Shown here: positions 1 through 10,212 of the stretch, piece after piece | Position numbering within the stretch: the stretch's first letter is position 1 | How the letters are laid out: every line of letters begins with the position of its first letter | Assembly (NCBI GenBank): GCA_045046875.1 | Contig: JASFYY010000054.1 | Location: forward strand, 24,901-88,900 | Length of the DNA: 64,000 nt | Source: Verrucomicrobiota bacterium | GTDB lineage: Bacteria; Verrucomicrobiota; Verrucomicrobiia; Verrucomicrobiales; DEV007 | Reading direction: 5' to 3' | Program-made: the position numbers and the translations under genes | Notes under the pieces: generated by a model | The model's database searches: none | Seen by the model: the letters and a program-made list of their open reading frames with translations, nothing else | What the model was told of the DNA's origin: nothing

Positions 1-4
1 ATTA

Positions 5-745
5 TTGATAGCCGCAGGATCATCAAACCGGCCGCTGGGTCTTGCCGAACTGACTGAAATGCTGGGCATTGATCGCAGTAGCGCTTACCGCCTGGCGAAT
101 ACGCTGAAGATGCGTGGTTTTTTTCATCAATCGCCGGACACCAAGGCTTACACATTAGGTCCTGCCATCTGGCAATTGGCGAGTCAGATGCGTCAGAGTA
201 ATTCCTTGATGCAGATCGCACGAGAGCATGTGGCCGAGCTTGCGTCACAGACCGGTGAAACGGCTCACCTTGCGGTGAGGGAGAATGATCGGGTTTTGTT
301 TCTTGAGCATTCGCTGACAAATCAGGCCGTGGGTGTTTCCGCGGGCTCGGGGAGGACCGAGCCTCTTCATTGTACTGCACTCGGGAAGGCGCTCATTTCC
401 GAACTGAGCGCTCAAGATATAAATGAGCTGTTGGGGTCTGGCGAGCTTGAAAAATATACAGCAAACACGATTCGTTCTGCGGGAGATCTGGCTTCAAAAT
501 GTAAAAGCAACCAAGCTCTTGGTTTTGCTGTTGATGACGAGGAATTTCATCTTGGTGTTCGTTGTGTGGCTGCACCTATTCACGATTTTGATGGCCAAAT
601 CGTGGCGGCCATCGGGATGTCCGCTCCGACTTCTCGTCTGTCCAAGCGCCGGACGCCTGAATTGGGACGACAGGTGAAGGAAGTGGCTGCTGATATCAGT
701 CGGCAACTGGGATATGTGCAAACTGTTGAAGAGGAAGTCGTATGA
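5..745 (+). CDS. IclR-family transcriptional regulator (5' end probably cut by window edge)
   Basis: N-terminal HTH (LGLAELTEMLGIDRSSAYRLANTL). C-terminal IclR motifs HCTALGKA and DDEEFHLGVRCVAAPI. Frame is open to the window start. Confidence 0.92.
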   Translation: MIAAGSSNRPLGLAELTEMLGIDRSSAYRLANTLKMRGFFHQSPDTKAYTLGPAIWQLASQMRQSNSLMQIAREHVAELASQTGETAHLAVRENDRVLFLEHSLTNQAVGVSAGSGRTEPLHCTALGKALISELSAQDINELLGSGELEKYTANTIRSAGDLASKCKSNQALGFAVDDEEFHLGVRCVAAPIHDFDGQIVAAIGMSAPTSRLSKRRTPELGRQVKEVAADISRQLGYVQTVEEEVV

Positions 746-2652
746 GTGAGGTCTCATCAGAGTCGGAAACATCACACCAGATTCACGGTCGTCTCGAACG
801 GGCCAAGGCTATTGTTAAAGCCGGTGGATTTGAAGAGGCGTTGGCATTAGGAGCTCTTGCCAATCGGCTCGATATCACCCTTTCAGAAAGCATCGTTCTC
901 GGGCTGGTAAGACAAAACGTGAGAACTTTTGTGACCGTGTTAGGGCATGGTTCGACCGACCTTGGTGAAGTTCTGCGAGTTTATGAGCAAGCTGGTCTGG
1001 TTCGATCCTGCGGAGTGCGGAATGAAATCGAAGCCAGTCATGCGGCGATGGCTTTGCGTTGGGTGACCGGAGAAAAAGCCGCAGTAGTGACTTCAATCGG
1101 ACCGGGAGCTCTGCAGGCATTGGCAGCATCATTAGCACCTGCATGTGATGGTGTAGGGGTTTGGTATCTTTTCGGTGATGAAACGACTCAGGACGAAGGC
1201 CCTAACATGCAGCAGATACCTGGTGCTGGTCAGCATTCGTATTTGCAGCTCTGTTCGGCGATGGGGCAGTCCTATTGCCTGCACACTCCGGAGGCAGTGG
1301 GAATAGCTCTACGACGCGGTTTGAACGCCGTTGATCATCCTCATCGTCCCGGACCTTTTTATCTGCTGATGCCAATGAATGCCCAGCCGAAGATATTGCA
1401 GGGATTCAATCTGGAAGAACTTCCCACCGGCGTCCCTCCTCGCCTCGGTGCAGCTGCGGGTGATGAGGTTTATAGCGAGGCTGTCGATGCTTTGCTTGCG
1501 GCAAAACGGGTGGTGATCAAAATTGGCGGTGGTGGTCGTGAAGCTGGAGAAGCCCTCGGCAAATTTCTTGAACTCGTCGATGGGGTAGCTGTGACCAGTC
1601 CATTGGTATCCGGTGTGATTCCATCGGATCATCCGAGGAACATGACGGTTGGTGGATCGAAGGGATCGATCAGCGGGAATTACGCCATGGAAGAGGCTGA
1701 CTTGCTTGTCGCCGTGGGAACCCGCTTTGTTTGTCAGTCTGACTGTTCGCGAACCGGATATCCCAAAGTGAAACGGGTCATCAATATCAATACCGATCTC
1801 GATTCAGCCACCCACTATGGTCGATCGATCGCTCTGCTTGGCGATGCGGAACCAACTTTGGAACGACTGATCGAGGAATTAGGTCAACGAGGACAGAAGG
1901 TCGTGGAAGATGAGTCTGAGTGGTTAACGAGTTGTCGGGAAAAGCGTGCCGAATGGGAGGCTTTCAAAAAAGAGCGCTATGAAACTCCCGCCTTGTTCGA
2001 TGAAGTGTGGGGTGAAAAGGTGATGACTCAACCAGTTGCGATCAAGACGGCCACTGATTGGGCACGAGCCAATGATGCCGTTACTTTCTTTGATGCCGGG
2101 GATCCACAGGCGAATGCTTTTCAGATTGTCGAGGATGATCGCCTCGGACGAACCTTCACCGAAACCGGTGCGAGCTACATGGGCTTTGCCGTTTCCGCAT
2201 TGCTCTCCACCGCCCTGGCATCAAAGCCGTTTTACGGACTGGCGATTAGTGGTGACGGATCATTTACCATGAACCCGCAGATCCTCATCGACGGAGTCGC
2301 CCACGGTGCCTGCGGCTGCATCCTGCTGTTGGACAATCGCCGCATGGCCGCCATCTCCGGACTTCAGGTCGCTCAATATGGCTGCAACTATGCAACCAAC
2401 GATCAGGTTGAAGTCGATTATCTGGCCTGGGCAGGTTCCATCAAAGGCGTGAAGGCACTGGACGGTGGAAGCTCGAAAGAGTCACTGACGTCCGCTCTCG
2501 AAAAAGCACACGATTATGACGGACTGTCATTGGTTTATGTGCCGGTATATCACGGCTCTGATCCGCTTGGCGGCATGGGAGTGTTCGGGCGATGGAACGT
2601 GGGATCCTGGTGTGAGGATACTCAGGCATTGCGCCATGACATAGGGCTTTAA
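742..2652 (+). CDS. ThDP-dependent enzyme, IolD / acetolactate synthase-like
   Basis: LGHG, RNE, TSIGPGA and ThDP-binding GDGS...LLDNRR motifs. ATGA overlap with iclR. Closest in pattern to IolD-type hydrolases, substrate unknown. Confidence 0.8.
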   Translation: MSEVSSESETSHQIHGRLERAKAIVKAGGFEEALALGALANRLDITLSESIVLGLVRQNVRTFVTVLGHGSTDLGEVLRVYEQAGLVRSCGVRNEIEASHAAMALRWVTGEKAAVVTSIGPGALQALAASLAPACDGVGVWYLFGDETTQDEGPNMQQIPGAGQHSYLQLCSAMGQSYCLHTPEAVGIALRRGLNAVDHPHRPGPFYLLMPMNAQPKILQGFNLEELPTGVPPRLGAAAGDEVYSEAVDALLAAKRVVIKIGGGGREAGEALGKFLELVDGVAVTSPLVSGVIPSDHPRNMTVGGSKGSISGNYAMEEADLLVAVGTRFVCQSDCSRTGYPKVKRVININTDLDSATHYGRSIALLGDAEPTLERLIEELGQRGQKVVEDESEWLTSCREKRAEWEAFKKERYETPALFDEVWGEKVMTQPVAIKTATDWARANDAVTFFDAGDPQANAFQIVEDDRLGRTFTETGASYMGFAVSALLSTALASKPFYGLAISGDGSFTMNPQILIDGVAHGACGCILLLDNRRMAAISGLQVAQYGCNYATNDQVEVDYLAWAGSIKGVKALDGGSSKESLTSALEKAHDYDGLSLVYVPVYHGSDPLGGMGVFGRWNVGSWCEDTQALRHDIGL

Positions 2653-2653
2653 T

Positions 2654-4090
2654 ATGAAAAAACCTAACGAAATGTTAATCAATGGGGATTGGTTGCCTGC
2701 GTCTGACGGCGCACGCGAGGACATCATCAATCCCGCAACAGAACAGGTTATCGATTCCGTGCCAATCGCAACTGATGCCGACCTTGAGCAGGCACTCGCC
2801 GCTGCCGAGCGTGGTTCTTCGGAATGGCGACAAGTAGACGCTTGGACACGCAGCGCATTGTTGCGAAAAGTGGCGGGTCTGATCAGGGAACGAACCGATT
2901 CGATTGCGGAAATTCTCACTGAGGAACAAGGGAAACCACTGGCCGAATCGAAAGGGGAGCTGGGAGCAGCGGCTGACCAATTTGATTGGTATGCCGATGA
3001 GGCCCGTCGCATTTACGGACGAATGATCGATGGTCACTCGCGCGAGCATCGCCTGATGGTCATTCGCCAGCCGATTGGTCCGGTGGCTGCTTTTGTGCCC
3101 TGGAATTTTCCGGCGCTCCTTTCAGTGCGTAAAATTGCTCCCGCGATTGCGACCGGTTGTTCCATTATTGTGAATCCGCCCATCGAAGCGCCACGCACGG
3201 TTCTCTGCATGGCGCAAGCTTGCCAGGATGCAGGTCTTCCGCCGGGAGTGCTCAACATGGTCACCGGCAGTGGAGCGCATATTAGCAAAAAGTTAATCGA
3301 ATCCGGAGTGATCCGTAAAGTCAGCCTGACCGGATCAATTCCAGTTGGCAGGCAGATTCTCAAACTGTGCGCCGATGCCATGATCCCGGCATCGATGGAA
3401 CTTGGCGGACACTCGCCGGTGATCGTTTTTGAAGATGCCGATGTTGAACAGACTGCTGAGATCTGTGCTCGCGGAAAGTTCCGTAACATGGGGCAGGTCT
3501 GTATTTCGGCGAGCCGATTTTTTGTCCAGGAATCCATTGTGGATCAATTCACCGAGCATTTTGTGAAAATAACCCGTGAATTGAAAATCGGTGATGGGAA
3601 GGACCCGGAGACAGAAGCCGGACCTCTAGCCAATCAGCGGCGGGTGGATTCGGCCGAAGCATTGGTTGCAGATGCGGTGGGAAAAGGGGCGACCCTTGCC
3701 TGTGGTGGACGGCGACCGGAAGGCTTCGACAAAGGTTTTTATTACGAGCCTACCGTGCTCTCAGGCGTCGAGGATTCGATGAAGGTGATGAGTGACGAGC
3801 CCTTCGGTCCGGTTGCGCCGATTGCCTCTTTTACAGACATGGATGACGCCTTGCGGAAGGCTAATGGGACAGCATTCGGACTGGCTGGTTATGTCTTTAC
3901 CCGGGACACGCGCCGTGCCTTTCTCGTATCCGAGGGACTGGAAGTCGGCATGGTCGGAGTCAACAACCTGGTCATTGCCACCGCCGAGGCTCCCTTCGGA
4001 GGGGTCAAGGATTCCGGCTTTGGTCGGGAGGGAGGTAGTGAAGGAATCGAGGCCTACACGACTACCAAGTATATTAACATTTTATTGTAA
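2654..4090 (+). CDS. NAD(P)-dependent aldehyde dehydrogenase (succinate-semialdehyde dehydrogenase-like)
   Basis: PWNFP, SLTGS, MELGG (catalytic Glu), GQVC (catalytic Cys), EPFGP, PFGGVKDSGFGREG. Confidence 0.92.
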   Translation: MKKPNEMLINGDWLPASDGAREDIINPATEQVIDSVPIATDADLEQALAAAERGSSEWRQVDAWTRSALLRKVAGLIRERTDSIAEILTEEQGKPLAESKGELGAAADQFDWYADEARRIYGRMIDGHSREHRLMVIRQPIGPVAAFVPWNFPALLSVRKIAPAIATGCSIIVNPPIEAPRTVLCMAQACQDAGLPPGVLNMVTGSGAHISKKLIESGVIRKVSLTGSIPVGRQILKLCADAMIPASMELGGHSPVIVFEDADVEQTAEICARGKFRNMGQVCISASRFFVQESIVDQFTEHFVKITRELKIGDGKDPETEAGPLANQRRVDSAEALVADAVGKGATLACGGRRPEGFDKGFYYEPTVLSGVEDSMKVMSDEPFGPVAPIASFTDMDDALRKANGTAFGLAGYVFTRDTRRAFLVSEGLEVGMVGVNNLVIATAEAPFGGVKDSGFGREGGSEGIEAYTTTKYINILL

Positions 4091-4096
4091 AAAAAT

Positions 4097-5839
4097 ATGG
4101 CAAACACGAACCAAGAAGAATCAGAAGGCGGCATTTACAGCAGCCTGACCAGTTACGGAGACAAGGAGTTCAGCAAGTTCCTGCGACGTGCGTTCCTGGC
4201 GTCGGCTGGTTACGACCGGGATGATCTGGACCGACCGATCGTGGGTATCGCCGACACTTCTTCTGATTACAATACCTGTCACCGACAGATGCCCGAGCTC
4301 ATTGAGGCGATCAAGCGAGGGGTGCTGGAGGGAGGCGGTCTGCCCTTTGTATTCCCTACTATCTCAATGCATGAGATTTTGACCTCACCCACCACCATGT
4401 TGTTTCGCAACCTGTTGGCGATGGAGACTGAGGAAATGATCCGCGCGCAACCGATGGACGCAGTGGTGCTGGTGGGTGGTTGTGATAAAATCGTGCCCGC
4501 TCAATTGATGGCGGCGGCTTCTGCCGATGTGCCTGCAATTTCCGTGGTGACTGGTCCGATGATCACCGGATCGTGGCAAGGAGAGCGTTTGGGAGCCTGC
4601 ACTGATTGTCGTCGATTCTGGGGGGAGCATCGAGCAGGCGAACTGGATGAAGATCAAATCCAGGAAATCGAGCAGGCTCTCTGTCCCACGGCTGGAACCT
4701 GTATGGTGATGGGTTCTGCTTCGACCATGGCCTGTGTCACTGAAGCCATGGGCCTGATGTTGCCCGGAGGAGCAACTGCCCCGGCGGCGACCGGTGATCG
4801 ACTGCGTAACGCGGTTCAGTCAGGACGCTGCGCCGTGGATCTAGCGCGTAGGCAATTGCGACCGTCCGACATCCTCACCCGCGATGCATTCATCAATGGC
4901 CTCACGGTTCTCATGGCGGCAGGGGGATCGACCAATGCCATCATTCATCTGACGGCGATTGCCCGACGGCTTGGAATTGATCTTACTCTCGATGATTTTC
5001 ACGAAGTCGCTCAACGGGTGCCGTTGCTGGTCGACTGCAAGCCGTCCGGCTCTGGTTATCTGGAAGACCTGCACCGGGCCGGAGGTGTGCCGGTTTTGCT
5101 TAAGGCACTCGAACCTCTGCTTAAACTGTCAGCTAAAACCATCACCGGTCAGACGATGGGAGAATGGGTGGAGAGCGCGTCAGCTCCTGCCGACTGGCAG
5201 ACGACGATTCGCACTCTTGAGGATCCGCTGGGTTCGACCGGAGCGCTGACCACACTCAGCGGAACGCTTGCCCCGGATGGAGCGGTTATTAAAAGTGCGG
5301 CGGCGACACCTGAACTGATGGTGTTTCGCGGCCCGGCCGTGGTTTTTGATTCTCCTGAAGATGCTGCAGCCAGGATCGATGATCCGGCACTAGGGATCAC
5401 GGAAGAAAATGTGTTGGTATTACGTAATGGAGGACCGCTTGCGGCAGGCATGCCCGAGTGTGGTTCGCTGTCGATTCCGCGTTACCTGGCTGAGTCCGGA
5501 GTGCGTGATATGGTTCGTGTTTCCGATGCGCGGATGAGTGGGACCGCCTATGGAACCGTGGTTTTGCATTGCTCGCCAGAGGCCTCTGCAGGCGGTCCGC
5601 TGGCTCTGGTTCGTGATGGCGACATCATTGAACTGGATGTCCCCAATCGCAGGATTGATTTACTGGTTGATGAGGCGGAGCTGGGAAAAAGGAGGGCTGA
5701 ATTTGTTGCTCCACCGCTTCCGGAACGCGGTTGGAAATATCTCTATGCCAAGCATGTGACCCAGGCACATCTGGGTGCGGATCTGGATTTTTTGAGTGCA
5801 AAAAAATCCGCTGACAAAACTGAAACAGAAGAATTATAA
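4097..5839 (+). CDS. IlvD/Edd-family dehydratase (likely sugar-acid dehydratase)
   Basis: YNTCH, GCDK, GTCMVMGSASTM, GGSTNA, SDARMSGT motifs. Confidence 0.9.
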   Translation: MANTNQEESEGGIYSSLTSYGDKEFSKFLRRAFLASAGYDRDDLDRPIVGIADTSSDYNTCHRQMPELIEAIKRGVLEGGGLPFVFPTISMHEILTSPTTMLFRNLLAMETEEMIRAQPMDAVVLVGGCDKIVPAQLMAAASADVPAISVVTGPMITGSWQGERLGACTDCRRFWGEHRAGELDEDQIQEIEQALCPTAGTCMVMGSASTMACVTEAMGLMLPGGATAPAATGDRLRNAVQSGRCAVDLARRQLRPSDILTRDAFINGLTVLMAAGGSTNAIIHLTAIARRLGIDLTLDDFHEVAQRVPLLVDCKPSGSGYLEDLHRAGGVPVLLKALEPLLKLSAKTITGQTMGEWVESASAPADWQTTIRTLEDPLGSTGALTTLSGTLAPDGAVIKSAAATPELMVFRGPAVVFDSPEDAAARIDDPALGITEENVLVLRNGGPLAAGMPECGSLSIPRYLAESGVRDMVRVSDARMSGTAYGTVVLHCSPEASAGGPLALVRDGDIIELDVPNRRIDLLVDEAELGKRRAEFVAPPLPERGWKYLYAKHVTQAHLGADLDFLSAKKSADKTETEEL

Positions 5840-6397
5840 TGAAAGTCGAGCCTACCCTCAAAACAGCTCTTGGCGAGAATATTGCATTCACGGTGATTTG
5901 CCTTGGATTAGCTTTCGCACTTATATGTAACGCTGCCGATCTGATCAACATTGGCGGCCGTCGCGAGTTGTTCGTAGATCGGCATCTCATCGATACACTG
6001 GACGGTGCAAGACTTGTATTACACCGTCCACATCGCGAAGTTCCCGTGGTGCGTTTCAGTGGGCAACCATGGGAAGGTCACTACTCTGGTTATTGCACCG
6101 TTCTCCGAGATCGAAATAATTGGCGGCTCTATTACCGTGGCCGACCGGAGTTTGGCAAAGATGGTGACCCCAGCGAATTTGCCGGGCTTCCACTTGCGAA
6201 TGGTGGAGCCGTTCACCGGATGGGTTTTTATCACATGATCCCGGCAAATATTTGCGGTGATTTTCGTGAAGAAGTCGTGCTCTGGGATCCAACGGCCTCG
6301 AGCATTTTTATCTGCACCGCCAAGCCTATTCAACGAATCGGCATATGGACGTTACCAGGCAACTCCGCGTCAATACAACCCACGTCTGATGGATTAA
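5839..6397 (+). pseudogene. Deletion-fused remnant of two genes (beta-propeller glycosidase-like N-terminus joined to the C-terminus of another protein)
   Basis: Signal peptide then IGGRRELFVD...PWEG..SGY...YYRG, which breaks at about 6180 into an unrelated MIPANICGDFREEVVLWD segment. That segment appears to finish in another frame as RQYNPRLMD-stop at 6395-6397. Confidence 0.6.
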
Positions 6398-6441
6398 AGG
6401 AGGGAAGAATTTCGCAGTCCTGAATGCCGATTCTTATTTCA

Positions 6442-9400
6442 ATGAAAAACCACAAATTCATTTTAGCGTTTTTTGCTCTTTCTGCTTATCAAAGCGCTTG
6501 GTCAAAAGATGTTGTGTTGCCTCAAGCCGCACCCGACTGGCAGGTCGAACTCATTGCATCCGCACCGGATATCCATGCCCCGACGGCAGTCGTCGAGCAT
6601 CGCAATGGAACGATTTACCTCGCTCAGGATCCGATGGACATGAACGGACCCTCGACGATACCGGCGGACAGCATCGTGGCCTTGAACTGGAAAGACGGGA
6701 AACTCAGTAAAAAAATCTTTGCCGACAAATTGTGGGCGGTGATGGGCTTGGAGTTAATTGGTGGCACACTTTATGTGGTGCATGCTCCGTTCCTGAGCGC
6801 TTTTCGCGACACGGACGGTGACGGGCGAGCCGATGAACGTGTTGATCTCATCACCGGCCTGGGACCACCTTTGCCTGCGTTTAGTGGATACAACGACCAT
6901 GTGCCTTCGGGTATGCGAGTGGGAATGGACGGCTTTCTCTATATCTCGATCGGTGACAAGGGGATCCCCCTCGCAGTTGGTCGCGATGGGAAAAAGATAT
7001 CACTGCGTGGAGGTGGTGTGATCCGAGTACGTCCGGACGGGACGGATCTGGAAATTGTCAGCAATGGATTGCGCAACCCGCTTTCCGTGGCGCTCAACGC
7101 AAGGGATGACGTGTTCACTTACGGCAACGATGATGATTCGAAGAAATTTCCCAACAGTCTCGTTCACAACATCGATGGAGGTTATTTTGGATATCCCTAC
7201 GATTTCATGAAACGTTCTCATCTCTGTCTGCCGATTGTAGGCGGAGAACTTGGAGGTGCCGGAACCCAGGGTTTTGCATTTAACGAGGACGGGCTGGCGC
7301 TTAAGTTTCGCGGCAATCTGTTTTTCTGTGACTTTGGTCGCCAGACACTGGATCGATTTGAAGTCAAACCTGCAGGTGGAACTTATCATTTAAAAAAACG
7401 TTCCCACATTCTGACATCAGGAAAGTTGCGATCGTTCCGTCCTTTCAGTGCAGCTGCGGGAGCAGACGGCAATAGTATCCTGGTGACCGACTGGACCATG
7501 CCCGGACAACTGCAGACGGGGGCGGCCAGTACCGGTCGACTTTTTCGGCTGACTTATCATGGAGCCGATGCAATCAAGCCGAAACAGCGCGGAACGGATG
7601 CGGATTCCCTCGATCGACAACTGGAATCTCTTGGGCACTCGGCTCATCGTGAGCGACTGCGGGCGCAAGCTGCGCTGGTAAATATGGGTGAAAAGGCGGT
7701 GCCGGGGTTGCTCTCAGTAATCAATGATAAGAAAAGTGGAAGCGCCCGTCTGCATGCGCTCTGGGCATTGGATGCGATTGGAGGGGTTCGTGCTCAGGAA
7801 GCGATTGCCAACGCCATCGATGATGATGTTCAGGAACTGCGGACTCAGGCCTTGCGTGCCTTGGGGATTCGACGGCAAAAATCCACCCTTTCCCGAATCA
7901 CACCCCATCTCGCTGATGATCATGCTCCGGCTCGCCGTGAAGCAGCGATCGCCCTCGGACGTATGGGAGCGAAAGAAGCGATCGATCCCTTGTTAGCTGC
8001 GATAGGTGATTCGGATCGTTTTACAGCCTGGTCGATCAGGCTGGCCCTGCATCGGATTGGGCAATGGGATGGGGGAAAGCTTTCCAGGGCGGTGATGAAC
8101 AGCAAGGGTGAGCGCCAACACCAGATGCTGGTATTGTTGGAAGATGCCTGGAAATTACCTGTGGTTAAAGCATGGGCAGGCATCGCGCGTGATAGTGACG
8201 ATGCTGCGGTTCGACGAACGGCTTTACGAAACCTGGCAGCGCTCTATTATAAATACCCGGAATGGAATGGTTTCTGGTTTGGTCCCAACCCGCTGGCCAA
8301 CAACTCTCCCGAACGCACCGAGTCGTGGTCTGATAAAGCCATGCAGTTGATTAGAGAAACGCTGGATCAGGCTCTGAAATCCCAACATTCGGAAGAACGC
8401 CTTGGAGCTGTTGGAAGTCTCGCATCAATCGGCTTCGATGCCGGTCCAATGTTGGTGGAGGCTCTTCAACAGGAAAAGGATGCAAAAATGCGCCACGCCA
8501 TTCTACTGGCGCTCGGCAGAGCAGGGGTGAAGGTTTCGCCGGATTTGATAGGTGGGATGACTCGCGATGACGCGGAAAGCGTGGAGGTTCGACTGACTGC
8601 GGCTGAGCTTTTGGGGCAGGATCACAGTGATCACTCGACCGCTCAGTTGAAACAATTGCTTCAGGGAAAGAACATTCCCGAATCGTTAATCGCCATCGCA
8701 CTGTCTGAATTGGGGCGCCGACACGCTCTGGATGAGGATGCACTGTTGGCATTCAGCTCTTCCGATTCTCAAGAAACACAAATCGCTGCGCTCGAAGCGA
8801 TGGCGGCTGGAGATATCTCCTCTGCAAAAATGGAGAAGACTGTCATTGCATTGTTGAACAGCAAGAATGAATCGATTCAGGCTGCAGCCGTCCGGGTGGT
8901 CGGAGCAAGGCGCTATCAATCAGCGACTAAACGGCTGATCGAATTGCACCAGAATCAATCCTTGGCGCAGAGTGTCGAAGCTGCTCTGGCTGAAATGCCA
9001 AGCCCGCAGGCTCTGGATATTTATCTTGCCGGTCTCGCTGCCGCCAACCCATCACACCATCGGCGTTGCGCAGGTGCAATGACCGCAGTGCGTAATCAGA
9101 TTATAGATGAATTGAAAACACGCGTTGAAGCAGGTAAGATTTCTGCCCAAGCGCTGCCGGTAGTCGAACGCATCGTGATAAATTTCGAGCCGGTTAAAGG
9201 TTGGCAGGTGATAGGCCCTTTTCCTCGCCAAGTTCCGGACAGTCTCTATCGATCCAATCCCGACTATTCCACCACTATGCCAGGGGCGGAAGGCAGGAGC
9301 ATTACCTGGAATTTAAACCAGGCCGATGCAGAGACTGCTGCACTCGATTTGACAAAATTTAAAGGTGGCACCGGTGACACCGGAGGATTTGGTTATCAGG

Positions 9401-10194
9401 ACACCGGCACCAATTACATCAACTTGTTTGCCCATGCCTCGATTGATTCGCCTGAAGATCGTGAAGCCTTGCTACTGATCGGATCCAGCGGCTCGTTGCA
9501 CATTCGCATCAATGGCAAGCCTGCCTATAACTTTTCTAATCTGTCCGGACGTCCTTTCATTGCCGATGAGGATGCGGTGCGGATCAAACTGAAAAAAGGA
9601 CGCAATGAGATCCTCGTTCGCAGTCATACCGGGATCGGTCGCTGGCAATTCTCGGCGAAAATTTCCAAGCCCGGTCAGACTCTGATTTCAGCTGGATCAG
9701 TGTCATCCGGTCCAGAGCAACTGCGCAAGTGGGCGCTGGCTCACCCTGGTAATGCGGCAAAGGGGAAGAAGCTTTTCTTTGAAGATAAACGAACAGCATG
9801 CCTGGCCTGTCATGCAGTTCAGGGCAAGGGCGGTCGCATCGGCCCAGACCTCGCCGGGTTCGGGGCTAAATATGATCGCGCCGAAGCCGTCCGATCCATT
9901 CTCGAACCGTCCCAGCGACTGGCGACCGGCTATTCCCTGGTATTGATCTCCACAAAATCGGGAGAAGTGAAAAGTGGCTTGCTCAGGAATGAAACGGCAA
10001 CGGCTCTGGAACTGGTCGATCCTGCTGGAAAAGTCAGTTCGATTCCCAAGAGTTCGATTGATGAACGACGGGTCAGTGCGGTGTCCCTGATGCCTCCCAG
10101 CTTGGCTATGGCGTTGAGCAAAGAAGAGTTTTCCGATCTGGTCGAATTCCTGGTATCCCTGAAAAAAGTGTCGAAGCAGGAGCCTGAAAAATAA
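6442..10194 (+). CDS. PVC-type heme-binding protein (glucose/sorbosone dehydrogenase-like propeller, HEAT repeats, C-terminal cytochrome c)
   Basis: Signal peptide, DTDGDGRAD repeat, GLRNP, HEAT-like helices, CLACH heme motif, GPDL...SLMP. Confidence 0.88.
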   Translation: MKNHKFILAFFALSAYQSAWSKDVVLPQAAPDWQVELIASAPDIHAPTAVVEHRNGTIYLAQDPMDMNGPSTIPADSIVALNWKDGKLSKKIFADKLWAVMGLELIGGTLYVVHAPFLSAFRDTDGDGRADERVDLITGLGPPLPAFSGYNDHVPSGMRVGMDGFLYISIGDKGIPLAVGRDGKKISLRGGGVIRVRPDGTDLEIVSNGLRNPLSVALNARDDVFTYGNDDDSKKFPNSLVHNIDGGYFGYPYDFMKRSHLCLPIVGGELGGAGTQGFAFNEDGLALKFRGNLFFCDFGRQTLDRFEVKPAGGTYHLKKRSHILTSGKLRSFRPFSAAAGADGNSILVTDWTMPGQLQTGAASTGRLFRLTYHGADAIKPKQRGTDADSLDRQLESLGHSAHRERLRAQAALVNMGEKAVPGLLSVINDKKSGSARLHALWALDAIGGVRAQEAIANAIDDDVQELRTQALRALGIRRQKSTLSRITPHLADDHAPARREAAIALGRMGAKEAIDPLLAAIGDSDRFTAWSIRLALHRIGQWDGGKLSRAVMNSKGERQHQMLVLLEDAWKLPVVKAWAGIARDSDDAAVRRTALRNLAALYYKYPEWNGFWFGPNPLANNSPERTESWSDKAMQLIRETLDQALKSQHSEERLGAVGSLASIGFDAGPMLVEALQQEKDAKMRHAILLALGRAGVKVSPDLIGGMTRDDAESVEVRLTAAELLGQDHSDHSTAQLKQLLQGKNIPESLIAIALSELGRRHALDEDALLAFSSSDSQETQIAALEAMAAGDISSAKMEKTVIALLNSKNESIQAAAVRVVGARRYQSATKRLIELHQNQSLAQSVEAALAEMPSPQALDIYLAGLAAANPSHHRRCAGAMTAVRNQIIDELKTRVEAGKISAQALPVVERIVINFEPVKGWQVIGPFPRQVPDSLYRSNPDYSTTMPGAEGRSITWNLNQADAETAALDLTKFKGGTGDTGGFGYQDTGTNYINLFAHASIDSPEDREALLLIGSSGSLHIRINGKPAYNFSNLSGRPFIADEDAVRIKLKKGRNEILVRSHTGIGRWQFSAKISKPGQTLISAGSVSSGPEQLRKWALAHPGNAAKGKKLFFEDKRTACLACHAVQGKGGRIGPDLAGFGAKYDRAEAVRSILEPSQRLATGYSLVLISTKSGEVKSGLLRNETATALELVDPAGKVSSIPKSSIDERRVSAVSLMPPSLAMALSKEEFSDLVEFLVSLKKVSKQEPEK

Positions 10195-10212
10195 GACGCG
10201 TAAATAATTCTC

